Assembly (NCBI RefSeq): GCF_000315625.1
Contig: NW_005434668.1
Location: 115,184-179,183 of the forward strand
Direction: 5' to 3'
Length of the DNA: 64,000 nucleotides
DNA from: Guillardia theta CCMP2712
Taxonomy: Eukaryota > Protista > Cryptophyta
The notes beneath the pieces were generated by a model. That model was not told the origin of the DNA. It ran no database searches and saw nothing but the letters and a program-made list of their open reading frames with translations. Positions 27,530 to 40,973 of this stretch are shown here, piece after piece. The position numbers and the translations under genes are program-made. Numbering within the stretch: the stretch's first letter is position 1; the number at the start of each line of letters is the position of its first letter.

Positions 27530-28310
27530 TCACGGACCGGCGGCGGGCCCGGGCAGTCCGATCCCGGCGATCACCCGGTCACGGTCCGATCGCCCCCGGC
27601 CGGACATCGGAACCGTCTTCGACGGAGGCCGCGTGTGACTGCCGGCCCCGGTTCATTGAACTGGGGCCGCTGACTCTGAGTGATCCACCGGGAGTCACCG
27701 TTCCGGCCCCGGCGCCGACGATACGGTAGTACGGTCCGTCAGTCCGAGTCAGCTGCTGGTCCGATCCGGCGCTGAGGAGTCGGCCCGGGCCGGGCCGCCG
27801 GGGCCGCCGCGGGGCGGCCGCCGGGGCCGCAAGCCTCAGTGTGTTCGGACTCGGACTGGCCGGGCGACTCGGCACGGGCCGGCGACGGCTCAAGGCTCAG
27901 TGACCGTACTACGGCGACTCCGTCCGGGCCGATCGGCCGGGACTGATCGGACCGTACCGTCACTGTATGAGTCAGCCGCGGGCGGCGGGGCCCCGGCGGG
28001 GGCCGGGCCGCGTGACCGTACTGGCCCCCAACTTAAAACTTTGAGTAACAGGCCCCTCGGACTGGCCGGGCCCAGTGCACTTGGGCCGCCACTTCAAGGC
28101 CCGTCCGAGTCATCACGGCGTGCGGTCCGATCATCCGGGCCTCCCGGCGGCGGTTGGGCCCGCCCCAGTGGCTCTCACTGCGGCCCGGGCCGGCCGCGGG
28201 GCCGGGCCGCATCACGCGGCTGGCCCATTGGGGCCCCCGGCGTCACGGCCGGGCGAGTCAGTTGATCCGATGATCGGCGGACTCGGCGGCGGCGGAAGGA
28301 CTCAATTGAT
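27530..28310. other. Intergenic GC-rich palindromic motif island
   Basis: Same word set as the other islands; AACTTTGAGTAA at 28037-28048 is the reverse complement of the core motif at 51571 and 54550. Confidence 0.6.
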
Positions 28311-29205
28311 ATTTCAAATATTATTGAATATTTCAAATTTTATGATCAATATTTAGATTTTTTCCTGAGACCCTCAAAAAGGACAACGAAAGGCGAAGGT
28401 TCAAACTGAGCGACTCGGGGTGGGGTGGTAGCTGAGCACAACCGCTTTAGAGAAGGCGATATCAATTTTACATTAGTATCACACTTAGGAAAACATGTGT
28501 GTAGATAGGGGGGGATACAAAGTCTCAAATGTCAGATGTGGTTTTGTAGCAGCTACAAAAGAAATATGGGAGGGAGGAGAAAGGGTTTTTACTCAAAAGT
28601 AGGAGAAAGACTTGAACGAAGATGCAGGAGAAGGCGTAGGGATGGAGGGGAAGGTGAGAGAGGAGGAGAAACAATGCCAGAAGAAGAAATGATAGGCGAA
28701 CCAACGTTCATGCACCAGTGCGGTGTAAGGGTGTAAGAGAAGGACGATAAAGATCGGCAGAGCAAGGCAGCATTTTCATTGAGCGAAGGTACGATGTCGA
28801 TACTGATGCAGGAGGCCCGAGGCTCAAGTTCAGGATAGACTGTGCAATCAAGGAGGTTGTGTTCGAAGATTGAAAGAGACCTATAGAACATTATGCATGA
28901 TGCATGGACGGCATTTGTCAGATTATATAGCGAACATTTCCTGATATCTTACATCCTGGTACTCGTCGATGCTCTATATCTCTTATCTCTTGCCCTCATG
29001 TGTTCTGATCTCTAATCTGGTGGGCAGAGGAAAACTTGTAGCCTGCCGTCAACTTGGCAGCACGGATACGAATCAGTGTAGACCGGAACAATGGAAGATT
29101 TCTTCCTGCACGGCAGGGGTCCTTTCCTGCCAGCTGAAGGGAGGGCAGGGTAGCTATCATCAGGCATGAGCGAGCATCGCTGAAGGAGCAGAGCAACATC
29201 ACTAG

Positions 29206-31323
29206 ATGACCGACCGATCCGATGGGAGGGAGGGGAGGGAACACTATGACGACGAGACGGCCGACCCCCCCCGAAGGAGATACGGCCCTCTGAGGAGGGT
29301 TATGGGGGCAGGATTCAACAGGGAGGGAGACAACAGAAGGGTGATGTTGTAATTGTCTTCTGATCCACTCTTGACGACTTGTTCAAGGTCACGAGGGTAA
29401 CCTCCTTCGTCTCCCTCAACAGCGCCTCGCTCTGGAACCTCCTCCTCGCGGACCTTGCGACCCAGCTGCTGCCATGGCATCGCTATGTGGTCGCTCTTCA
29501 CCTCATTGCCGTCCTCTTCCTCCCCACACAGTCAGTCTTCGCTCTCTGCATCTGCGACTTCTTCCTCCTCCCTGCCAAGGCGTTCCTCACCTGCCTGCTC
29601 GTCCTCTCCATCGTCGAGCTCTGGGAGGACCTTCAGGTCGCCCTCATGCTTGTTGCTCTGATCTTGGGCCTCTGGTCACTCCAGCGGCTGTGGAGGATGT
29701 TCATCCGGCAGTGGGCCAAGACGCTCCTCCTCCTCTGCGCCAAGTCAGCCTACGGCAACTGCGAAGACTACTCCCACGTCTCTCCCCGCATCCGCAGGTT
29801 CGTCCTGTTCACCCTCAGCAGCAGCCAGCAGCTCTCCATCGCTCGCTCCCCCAGCTTTGTGCAGGCAGAACTTGCCATCCTCTTCAAGCTGGCAAGTGCT
29901 TCCTTGAAGGAGCGGGAGCTCTTGCGCCATGCTCTCCAGTCTTGTCTGCGGCTGCTCATCACACTTGAAGACTCCATGCTTCTCCTCGACGTCTGCGACA
30001 AGCTGGTGCAGTCCGGCGTCGTTTCCTCACTGTCCAAGATGCTGCTGGTGGAGGACATGGAGGTGAAGAAGATCGCTATCGAGATCCTCGGGATGATGAG
30101 CAGGACGGAAGACACCAGCTCCATTCTCATCGGGCAGGACCGGGAGATCCTGACTAGCATCGTAGACACGCTGCATCGCTACAAGCTCACCTCTCCCCAC
30201 CTCGCCTCCTCGGCCTGTGCAGCGATCGCAGATGTCTGCTCGCATGACGTTGTGCACGAGTTTATCCTCGCGACCAACGCTTGCTCCGTCCTCCTTGAAG
30301 CCGCGCGGCTCCCTGGCATCTCCAACCTGCAGGTCTATGCTGCTCGCTCGCTCCTCAGCCTCAGCTGTGGCGTCGCCATGCAGCCCTCCTCCTCGCTGGA
30401 GGATGGAGGCGGGTTGAAGGAGGAGCATGCAAGGAGCCAAGAGGTCGAGGAGAGGGCACGAGACATTTACGACCTCTTCTTCGAGTTCCTGACCTCCAAA
30501 CCTCCTCCTCCTCCCTCTCTCTGCCATCTTGCCTGCCAGTACTTCCGCAAGCTGCTCAGCAGGGGGCACCACGACCCTCTTGCTCGCCTCGCCATCTCGC
30601 AGGGGATCATCCGCATCCTCTTCCTCACCCTGAGAGATGCGGGTGAGACCGCGATCGTCATGGAGGCGCTTCCCGCCCTCGCTTGTATGACCATGACAGG
30701 AGAAGATCCTCTCCTCGACTCCATGAAAAAGCTGGTGAGTTAAGGACTCCTCCCTCCTCCCTCCTCCCTCCTCCCTCCTCCCTCCTCCCTCCTCCCTCCT
30801 CCCTCGTCCTCGTTCTTCCTCTCCATTTGCTTCCTCCTTGGTTTGCCTACAACACCTTTCTTGTCCTCGCACCTTTCCTCAGTACTCTGCAAAAGCTCCA
30901 GCTGCCTCCCTCCTTTCTCTAATCTATCCATATCCCCTTCAACGATATGGCTCTGCCTATGTGTCTGCTGATTCTATTCGCTAGCATGGTTTCCTTCCTG
31001 CCATACATCGCCTGCTCACACATCAGGTCAGGAGTCACTTTTTTCTCCTCCCCCTTCTTCCCCTTCCTTCCCTCCCTCCCTCCCTCCCTCTTCTACTTCC
31101 TCCCTCACAGTCAGCAGGACGGAGCCATCCGCAGGCATGCATGGATCGCGCTGCTCTATCTCCATGGGCGGCTGCTCTGGTGCGGAAGCGCATCTCTGTG
31201 ACTCTGCTCATGCTCCTGCAGTCGCTCCTACGGCATGATCTCAAGGCGCCACTGCGATGAAGAGCGATGTCCCATCTGCTGGAACGACTACACCTTGGAT
31301 GGTGAGAAACGGGCTCATCTTCT

Positions 31324-31356
<33 letters not shown>

Positions 31357-31873
31357 CTCCTCCAGCAGCTCCTCTTCCTCCAGCTCCTCTTCCTTGTACC
31401 CGGTCTTTCCTTTCTCTTCTTCCCGTTCTTGTCCTCCATTCCCTCCGCCTCCTCTTTTCCTTGCTTTTTCTGTCGTCCCTCTTTCCTGCGCCTTTCTCTT
31501 GATCACCTGCTACCTTGCGAGCGGATGGATCCTCTTCCTGCCCTCCTCTTCTCGTGCTGTTCTCATATTCGTACAGACACAGTTGTCGTCCTCCCCGACT
31601 GCCATCATGTTTTCCATCACGCCTGCATCAATTCTTGGTTGGTGGGCAAACAGGGTCAGTACCCTCCATCGCTTCCCTCTTCCCACTCCTTGCTGCTGCT
31701 CGCTGCCTCCCTGCTTCTTCCGTTCCCCTCCTGTCTCTCGCCTTCCCTCACTCCTCCTCTGCCTCCTCCCCACCTGCGACATCCTCTCATGCTTTCTTGC
31801 AGGGACGAGCTCCTCTGCCATCAATCACGATTGCCCTCTATGCAAGCGAATCATCTCTGTTGTGCCACTATGA
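29206..31873 (+). CDS. Membrane-anchored ARM-repeat RING-H2 E3 ubiquitin ligase, multi-exon
   Basis: Hydrophobic N-terminal segments, ARM-like helical repeats (LVQSGVVSSLSKML, AISQGIIRILFL), RING-H2 CPICWNDY..LPDCHHVFHHACINSWL..CPLCK across three exons. Start exon 29206-29340 is inferred. Confidence 0.8.
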
Positions 31874-31903
31874 TCCCTCCATTGTATTTTAATAAATGTC
31901 AAT

Positions 31904-31907
<4 letters not shown>

Positions 31908-31957
<50 letters not shown>
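31908..31957. repeat. (GCT)n microsatellite between convergent genes
   Basis: Perfect trinucleotide run. Confidence 0.9.
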
Positions 31958-31960
<3 letters not shown>

Positions 31961-32063
31961 GCCTGCTGCCTTTCTCACCACCTACTTCCTCACATTCACC
32001 ACACTTCACGAATGATGTCGGGATCATATCCCCTCCCCCCCCGTTCCTTGCTTTACTTCGGCT

Positions 32064-34841
32064 TTACTTCGGCTTTCCCAGCACGATGATTTTGTCTCGC
32101 TGCGCAAGGCTGAACACTTCATCCTGCTTGGGGATCAGGCTTAGAGTTAGTTTCCCTCCTCCTGCCTCCGTCGGGGTCACTCGCAGGACCCCCAGCGCCA
32201 GCTGCCGATTGCCCTTGACCCTCCTCTGAATCTCCCGGAAGCTTCCAACGAATCCATCCTCCTCCTTGAAGAGGTCCCCGACGCTCTTGATCTGCAGCTC
32301 CGCCCGGTCCTTGCTGAGCAGCGAGTGAAAGATCTGCTCGAGCTTCGGCTGGAGGAGGATGTGGACGAGAGCGCCGGACTCGATCTTGTCGGCGAGGATG
32401 AGGTCGTACTTGAAGCCTGCTTTCAGGCACAGCGAACGGATCGAGACATAGTTCTCCAGCGAGTAGACGGTCCCAACCACTCGAGGACGGGGCTTGCTCG
32501 GGTGCCAGTGGAGCTTTGAGAGCGTGTCGATGGTGGAGAAGAGTTCCGAGTCGGAGAACTGGTCCACGTTGGAAGGAGCGTCAGTGTCAGACAGGATCAG
32601 GATGCAGTCTGCCTCCAGCACCCCTGCCTGCTCCAGGTTCGAAGGCTCCAGGGTGTTGCCCCGCCAGAACTTGACCGGCACGCGACGGCGGGGAAGGGGA
32701 TGATTGTCATTGTACCCCAGCTCCTCCATGTTCTTCTTGTCTGTTAGCACGTCAACCCGCGCTCCTCTCGGTGCGTTCTGCCGGATCTCGTCCACAGTAG
32801 TCTGCCCACGTTCGTTCCAGTTGAGGACCAGGATATTCTTCGGCCTCCTCTCCTCCCCCAGCCCCTTCCCAGCAGCCGCTGGTTGCGCTGCCTCCGTGAG
32901 GAGAGGGACCGGGCTGTCCCGCGCGAAGAACCTGGAGAACAGCTGGGGTCGGAGCTTCGTGTGGTCGGAAGCCATGGCGATGATGCGGTCGTCGTTCTGG
33001 AGCTCGGTCTCGTCCTCCGGCATCATCATCAGCTCCTCTCCTCTCAGGATCCCGCACACCACGGCTTCAGGGAAGTGCTTCTGCAGCTCCGCGTACCTCT
33101 TCCCCACCAGCCACCTCCTGGAGCTTCCCAGCGTCTCCTCTGAGTACATGAAGTGGCAGCCGCCCTGAGTCAGCATGATCTTGTTGTACAGGACGGCGAG
33201 GCCGTGCTCGGGGGACAGGCAGCACTGGGTGAGCAGCTTTCCTACAAACTCCTGGTCCTCGCAGATGGTGAAGCCCTGCTCCAACTCCGTCCAGAGCTCC
33301 GCCTGCCCAGGGAGGGAAAGGACGGGAGCTTTCATCCCCTCCTCCTCCATCGGCCTCAGCCTCTCCAGCAGGGAGGTCTTGGTTCTGATCTCCCGCAGGA
33401 GCAGGGGACTCGCTTCCCCGTCCACCACCTCCTCCCTGTTCTTCTGGCAGCTGAGCATCAGGACATGCGCCGCATCTTTCACGCAGACATTCTGCAGGTC
33501 CTCGAGGCTCTTAGGATCCCCCTGCCTCGTCACGATGTTCAGCGGCCCGTTACCCCACATGTCCGGCCGCAGCCCCTCCCTCCCCATCCCCTTCTTGATC
33601 TCTTCGTACACCTGGAGCTTGTCCTGCGGGGTCATCACAACAATCGGCTCATTCTTGAGGATCGAAAGCGCGTTGCCCTCCTTGGAGGCATGGCCGAGCG
33701 TGCAGACTACTGAGACCACCTGGGAGCAAGGGTGAGAGAAGAGAAGAGGAGAGCGACAAGGGGAGGAGAGAAGGAGAGCGACGAGGTGAGAACAGGAGGA
33801 TGGGATGGATGAGGAAGTAAAAGGCAGAAGGGGCTGGGGAAGAGGTAGGAGAAAGAGCACGGGGAAGAGGAAGAATGGGAGGAGATGAAAGAGCGCTTTG
33901 AATATTTTTTGACAACGGAGCCAGCAACAAGACCGGGAAGCGAGGAGAGGAGTGAAGGTAGCAGGATACACACATGAACACTGAGTATGTTGACAGAGAA
34001 CAAGATTTCTCGACGACTCACTTGATCGTTGAAGACGTCGGAGAGGAGGAGGATGTGACCTTTCTCTACAACAGGACCGTTGTTCATGATGATTCCGTCG
34101 ACTGAGAGTTTCACCGTAAGAGCTACCACTCCACATATCCCTGCCAGCTTCAACCAACCTGTCAGTATCAACGCCCAGTATTCCCTCCTCATAAACATCA
34201 AGACAAGACAAGCAACGTCAGACAAGGGATCAGCTGCTTCATCAGAGGTAGAGCATACCCAGAGGGTGATGTTCAGTCCTGTCGCTTTCTCCAGCTTCTT
34301 CAGCCTCGTCCGGAGAGCAAAGACGGCCTGAACGAACGAATCCACCTTCGAGGTTCCCCACGACTTGGATGCTTGCTTGTCAAATTTCTTCTCCTGCTCC
34401 TATCATCAACCACGACACGATCCTCTCCTCCTCCTTCACCATCCGCTTGTTGAATAGCCCTTGCACTGACAGCGTCAAGGTCCGCAACAGCAGGAGCAGC
34501 AGAGCCCCGACGCCCGTCAGCACAACGCTGATGCAAAGAAGGGCCAGCACTTGTCCAATCAGCCCTCCCATCAAGATCCGCTGCATGAAGTACAACCCCC
34601 ATGGCCCCAGGCCGTACTGCACGATCTGACTGGCAGCCTCGAAGGCAGGAAGCGACAGTTGCATCGCCGTCCGTCCCTTCTCGCTCCTTGACTGAAGCGC
34701 TACAATCGCCCTCTTGGCGAAGGAAGGAGACAACCCGATGGGCTTCACGAGCGGAGGATGGAAAGTCTCCGCCAGCGGAAGCAGGACAAGATTGATCACG
34801 AGGAGCTGCTGCATTCGCACGGGTACGACAAACTTCCCCAT
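32064..34841 (-). CDS. Divergent CASTOR/POLLUX(DMI1)-like cation channel protein with tandem RCK-like domains; bipartite leader
   Basis: Leader LLVINLVLLPLAETF; TM segments; GPVVEKGHILLL, RQGDP, FPEAVVCGI, NILVLNWN, ADCILILSD, C-terminal DKIIVLG, colinear with the paralogue at 36134. Confidence 0.75.
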
Positions 34842-36133
34842 CGTCTACCGTGCAACCCTTGCGGTCCAGAGTTACGCCCTCCTACTTTACAGAGACGGAG
34901 ACAGGGGTCGGTGCGCTTCCACGAGGGATAACAGAAGGAGAGGAAGTGAGACGAGGATGAGTAGCGAGTATAAGTCAAGAAAGCAGCAGGCGAAGCAGCT
35001 TGAAAACTCAAACTCCAGCGCAAAACGTTCAGGCCAAGTTTGATGTGACCAGCGAAGAGGCAGTTGATGCTTGAGAGGGCAAGGATGAGTCCACAATGAG
35101 AGCTCGGGGAGTTAGAAGATCATCCAGAAAGAAGAGGAGAGAGAGCACGAGCGGGAGGGAGGGGGCGTGAGAGGACGGTACTGCTTACCCGCCGCCGCTC
35201 CTCCTTCAATCCGCCATGACAGGATCCGGTCGAGCGGTGACAGAGTTATAAGAGGTATATGGGTACATAAATGGGGTGGGGTAGTCTACCACGAGGGGTG
35301 AAGATCTACAATAAATACTTCGTCTAGGTGAAAGAACAAGGGTGGGTCCTCTAAAAGGGACCAGATGAAAGGAGGGGTGGATCGGGGGTTCAGTTCTAGA
35401 GAGGTGGGTGGGTACTTCGGTAAGGGGGTTCCCGCTTTAAAAACAGTCATTATAAAACTGGTTCGGGTGGTCAGTGGGAGGGGATACGGAAGGGGTATCA
35501 ACCTTTGTACCGGTAGTACGAAAGGAAAAAATGGGTGGAAGTAGGGGGTAGAGAGAACTCGATCTCGTGGGGAACGGGGGGTGGTCAAACCAGGGGTGAC
35601 AGAAAAGTAAACTGTCGATGCGGAAAAGTGTTCTTTGGAGCGAAAGGACAGAACTTTACAATATATTTTATATAAAAGTTGATCTTGTGGATACTGTGTG
35701 TAACGGGGGTGGGTAGTCTTGCATTGGTGGGTTATCAATCAGAATACTGCCAATGTACCCTCCGGTCACCAGCGGAATTGGGTCTTTTTCTGGGTGGGAT
35801 TAATTTGTCAGTTCGAGTGGGGGTGGGTATCACGAATGAGAGGTGGGTCCGAGAAAGCTGGTGATTGTTGAATGCTTCAAAACATTTTTAGAAACGAAAA
35901 CCTCTATTTTCATTGAAGATAAAACATTTTGTGGAAGTTGAGGCTACGAACGAAACAAAAAAGTCTTTCCATGTCTGGAAGAGGTAAAAGAAAAACAACC
36001 ACCCCACTCCATTCCTTCATGTCAACTTTGGGGTACAAAGGGGTAAACCAAATTAACTCTGTACTTGTCATCAAAGCGTTACCCCGCCCCCATCTCGGTG
36101 CAGCGCTACATGGCTTAATAGCGTGGAGAGGCG

Positions 36134-39100
36134 ATGAAGGGGAGAGGAACCGCAACAGGCGGCATGCGCGCTGCTGCTGCTGCTGCGATGTCCTGTGTTC
36201 TATCCTGGACCCTTGTGGTTCCGTCCTCGGGGTTTGTCCATCACGCTGGTTACCCTGCCCTCCCGCGTCCCTCTTCGCCCCTCGTGCATGTCGGGCGGAG
36301 GTTTCCCGGGTGCCGGGAGATGCCCTTGTGCACAGGGAGAGAGAAGTTTGACCGATCACCTAGAGTAACTAGAGTAAGACTTTCTCAGATGGAGACTGAG
36401 GAAGACCGCGGGTTCTTCGAGGACAAGTTGGGCAAGGAGGTGAGCAAGAAGGGACTTTCAAGGAGGACATTTACAAACCTGCTCTTCCTGTCTCTCGGAC
36501 TGTTCTTCGGGAACCTCCTGGGCAGGATGTCGAGGTCTTCGATGACCGAGGACTTGCAAGAGATCCAGCTGCTGGAGGAGAAGACCAAAGAGGAGATCTC
36601 GATGCTAAAGGATCTCAGCAACAACCTGTCAAGCGTCTCACAGGAAGAAAGGAAGGCGGTTCTGGATCAGGACTCTGATTCCGACTCCTCCTCTACTCCC
36701 ATCGCCCCCTTAGCGTTCATCGGAACCGTCATCACCTCCCAGGCCGCCTTCTTCATGCGCGAGTACCAGCGGATCAAAGATGGGTTTGACCCCAAGAACG
36801 ACTCGGACGTCACGTTAGGGGAGATTGTACAGTACAGGCTGGACTACTACCTGTCCACCAATCCTTACGCCAAGGCTCTCCTGCTCCTGAACTCAACCTT
36901 CCTTGTCATCCTCTTCGGAGGGATGATCCTGTCTCTGACGCAAGGGGAGGACATCGGCAGTGCCCTGTGGGAGTCTTGGACGTACGTCGCTGATCCAGGA
37001 ACGCAAGTCAACGCTGAGAAGCCCGGACTTCGCGCCATTGCGCTTGCGATCACCGTTGGAGGACTCGTCGTGTTCGCCTTGATGGTTGGTCTGATCACAG
37101 AGTCCGTCTCGGAGCAGGTGGAGGATTTCCGCAAGGGGAAGAGCAGAGTGCTGGAGCACGGGCACACGCTGATCCTTGGCTTCAACGACAAGTGTCTGAG
37201 CATCATAGAGGAGCTTGCGATCGCCTTTGAGAGCGAGGGAGGAGGGACCATGGTGGTGCTATCGGATCATCCCAAGGAGGAGATGGAGACGATCCTCCAG
37301 GGAGCGATTGACAGCAAGGAGCGCAGACTGAACCTGAGGGGCTCTCAGGCCAGTCCCGCCCCTCCCGTATGTCAGGGTGTGACGATGTGTGACAGGTTAT
37401 CTTTCGGAGCGGGGACCCCCTGCTAGAGCAGGAGCTGTTCAAGGTGGGAGTGACAAGGGCCAAGTCCATCATCGCCCTGACTCGAGAGGATCTGGATCCC
37501 GACGAGGCAGACTCCCTTATGCTCCGACAGGTGTTTCTGCCTTTCTTCTCTGCTCCTGTCGCCTGAGGCAGCTGCTCAGGTCCTGTCGCTCAAAGGGACC
37601 ATGTCGAGCAGGACAACAGCCAACGCGCCCCACATCACGATCGAGCTCCAGGTCTGCAACGCTCTCGAGCCCTGTCTTCTCAGCGTGTCTTGTCAGGATG
37701 TGGACAACAAGAACCTAGTTCAGCTCGTCTCGATCAAGACGGAGATTTTAGTGTCTCACGACTTGATCGGTCAGCTCATGATCAGCTGCTCGAGGCAACC
37801 TGGCCTGGCCTACGTAGTGGAAGCTATCTTCAGCTTCGATGGATCGGAGTTCTACTTCAAGGAGTGGCCGGAGCTGATCGGCAATCGGTTCGGCGACCTT
37901 GTCTGCCGGTTCGATGACGCCATTGTGATGGGGGTGAGGAGATGGAAATGTACGAGCTGGAGGGGCTGAGATCTTGTGCCAGGTCCGCACGAAAGATGGG
38001 GAGGTTATTCTGAATGCCGACAGGAGCTACGTGAGATTTTTCCCTCTTTCTCCCTTCTCTTCCTCCCTCACGCTCACTGCAGAGGATTGCACCCGGCGAC
38101 GAGCTGATCTGCATAGCCGAGGACGACGACTCTTACTCACTCAACGACGGCTTCTTCATGCAGTCACGAGCTGAAATCCTGGGAAGGTTCGAGGAGGAGA
38201 AGGAAGAGGTGCCGCAATTGCAGGGGAAGCGATCAAAGCTCAAGTATCTGGCTACCCGTACGCTATCTCGAGCCATGGACACGTTTTCAGGGGCGCCAAA
38301 GAACAGGAGGGCGAGGAAGCAGCCGGAGAGGATCTTGTTCTGCGGGTGGAGGAGAGACATGGCGGACATGATTAAACACCTGGATGGGATCGTAGAGCCA
38401 GGGAGTGAGTTGTGGCTGCTCAACACGGTACCTGTGACAGAGAGGAATGAGATGCTGACAGACAAGGGGAACAAAGAGAAACTCAAGCTGAAACGCCTGG
38501 TGATCAAGAACGCGCAGGGCAACCCGACTGTTCGCCGCGACCTGCAGCGAGTCCTGGCACTTGATGAGTTTGGTTTCGAGACAGGAGAGTACCGTCTGCT
38601 CACAGAGTATGACAGCATCCTGATCTTGGCAGACGAAGCCATCACTGATGGATCGGATCTCAAGAGCACGGACGGCCGTTCCCTTGCGGCCTTCCTCCTA
38701 ATCTCAGACATCAGAAGCAAAATCTTGGCTGAGAACAGTGATGAAAGGATGCAGAGGGATGGCGGGAGGGAAAGAATCATCAGTGAGATCCTGGATGCTG
38801 CTAACACCAAGAGCCTGCTCCGGGAACTTGACTGTAAGGGGTACGTCATGTCAAACAAGATTATCAGCAACGCTCTTGCTCAAGTGGCAGAGAACTCAGC
38901 AATGAACATAGTGATGTCCGAGCTGCTGGCGTCAACGGGCAATGAGCTGTTCCTAGAGGACGCGAGCGAGTTTGTGGATACGCAGGAAGGAAGTGCTGTT
39001 CCGTTCTGGGAGATTGCGCTGAGGGCAAGTCAGAGGAACTTCGTGGCGATTGGATACAGGGCAAAGGGGATTGACTTCGCATTGGACAATCATATCAAGA

Positions 39101-39186
39101 CATTGGTAAATCCTACAGGCAAGGATGTTCCAAGAGTCTGGGAAGAAGGAGACCAGATTGTCCTCATGGGCAGAAGAGATGGTTGA
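36134..39186 (+). CDS. CASTOR/POLLUX(DMI1/SYM8)-like ion channel; bipartite leader; multi-exon
   Basis: YRLDYYLSTNPYAKALLLL, pore LWESWTYVADPGT, RKGKSRVLEHGHTLILG, RQPGLA, FDGSEFYFKEWPEL, ERILFCGWRRDM, YDSILILADE, IISEILD, YVMSN; leader ..VPSSG-F. Confidence 0.92.
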
Positions 39187-39392
39187 TACCTCTCCTTCCG
39201 AGAGATTACCGCTTTTTGCAGGCAGTTGCTTACCTGGCCGATCAAATCTTATCCTCTTTTGATGTAAATCTCGTGAATTTATAAATTTGATTGATGAAGA
39301 CCATGAAATGAAAGTGTTTCAACCCAAAAGAGAAAAACAAATGCTGCTCAAGCTCTGACAGAATTTATGGTAATTTCACGATCTATGCGGAA

Positions 39393-40734
39393 TTACTTTG
39401 ACTTATGAAGAGACAATCTGTCATGCTTCCTTTTTTTCATCGACAAGAGCCTGCTTTCATCCAGGGTTCTAGTTTTGATGCCCGGGTCATAACCACTGTT
39501 GAAAGTGTGCGGGTCTCCCTTAATCCAAAAAGAGTTTGAGTTCGTGAAAGATGCACCAAGAATTACCTGCCGCAACTTCCCGCCCAATGATGGTTCTTTG
39601 TAACTCACAACAGAGTGTCTACGGGACGCCTTTTCTCTTGGGGGATAGAAGTTTTCCATGTCATCGATTTCTTGGCTCGGGCTTGTCTGTCTTGACCCGC
39701 CTTCAACGGCTTGCTCTTCCAACGCGTCGTCCCTTAGGGGACCTTGAAAAAGTTCTCTCCTCGAATTTGCAGAAGTGGTGCTCCTCCGTGATTGGTCAGC
39801 AATATCCTGCAGAGCTGGTCTTGACTTCTTACATGCAGATTCAGATTCATCCGACGACTCTTCCTCCAGCGCTTTCAATGCACTTTTCGAGTGCTTGGAA
39901 ACATTTTTCGAGGAAAAAGATGATGATGTTGATGATCTCTTGCCTACGATAGAGCTGAACTCATCAAGAAATTCTCTTTGTGAAAACTTCCTGTCTATGC
40001 AAGGGCTGAATCAGAAAATTGTGTGATGGAAAATCCTATACCTCGAGAATGTACGGTCTCTTCGTTGTTTACAGACCTTCGGCCCAAACCCAGATCCGTT
40101 CCGCCATCACGCTCTCTTGCGTTAGAGATCTAAATTCAATTCAAAACGATGGTACCAGACTTGTAATTGAGGTACCATCAACTGCATCTTTAGGCGGTTG
40201 TTTTCAGCCTGAAGCTCACCAGCCATCATTTCGACTGAAAAGAATGAAATGATTGAGTCTCTTTTCATCGTTGTGGCATCAAATTCAAGACAACCTTTTC
40301 GTTTTTGGTCTCTTAGCTTGCTATTCTCTGATATGAGCTGATTGTTTTGTTTGGTGAATTTACACAAAGCTCTGTGCAATTCTGTCTCTTTCACCCTCTT
40401 CACCATCTCGATTTCTCGTTGGTGTTTTGCTAGCAGATGCTGTAAACTCATGGAGTCTTTCAATGACGCTATGCAATTTGAGTTCTCCTTTCCAGACGGT
40501 TGCTCCATCTGCAAAACTTCAAAGTCAAAAACGAATTATCGGAAAAGGCAGTTGATAAAATGATGAGCATCAAAACAAAATGCGATGATTCCTTGCAAGA
40601 ATATCTATCTCACTCGATCTTCCTTTTGAATCATCCATCCAAGAGTGTTATCATCTATGATTGATCTATTTCCTTCAGCTCGCATGCCCTTCCCTTCCCC
40701 GCTACTCCAGGCCCCATCGCCCCCTCCGAGCCAT
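39393..40734 (-). CDS. SGO1: Shugoshin-like protein (start uncertain)
   Basis: N-terminal coiled coil KFTKQNNQLISENSKLR and C-terminal basic SGO motif RRHSVVSYKEPSLGGKLRQ-GDPHTF, joined across an intron. Confidence 0.75.
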
Positions 40735-40973
40735 CTTCGCGCCAAAAAGTTTGTGGCGTCTCGCGGCGTGTAAAGATAATTTTACTCATTTCCTTTCCAG
40801 GGCCCGCCTCACTTCAATAACAACCGTTTCTTTTGGTAACGTCCTTGATGGGCTTGGCGGGGAGGAGGATCAGCAGGGTGGACGGAATGCAGGGAAAGCG
40901 GTGCGGTCGGGCTGGACAGGGGAGGAGAGACAGAGAGTAGCGTGAAGAGAAGGAGAGGAGAGAAAGGAGGGAA

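Noticed and set aside
27579-28356. Pro/Arg/Gly-rich ORFs in the GC islands
   Set aside because: Stop-poor because of GC content; ORFs occur in several frames on both strands with no coding signature.
28536-29169. Short ORFs upstream of the ARM-RING gene
   Set aside because: No motifs; could be UTR or non-coding sequence.
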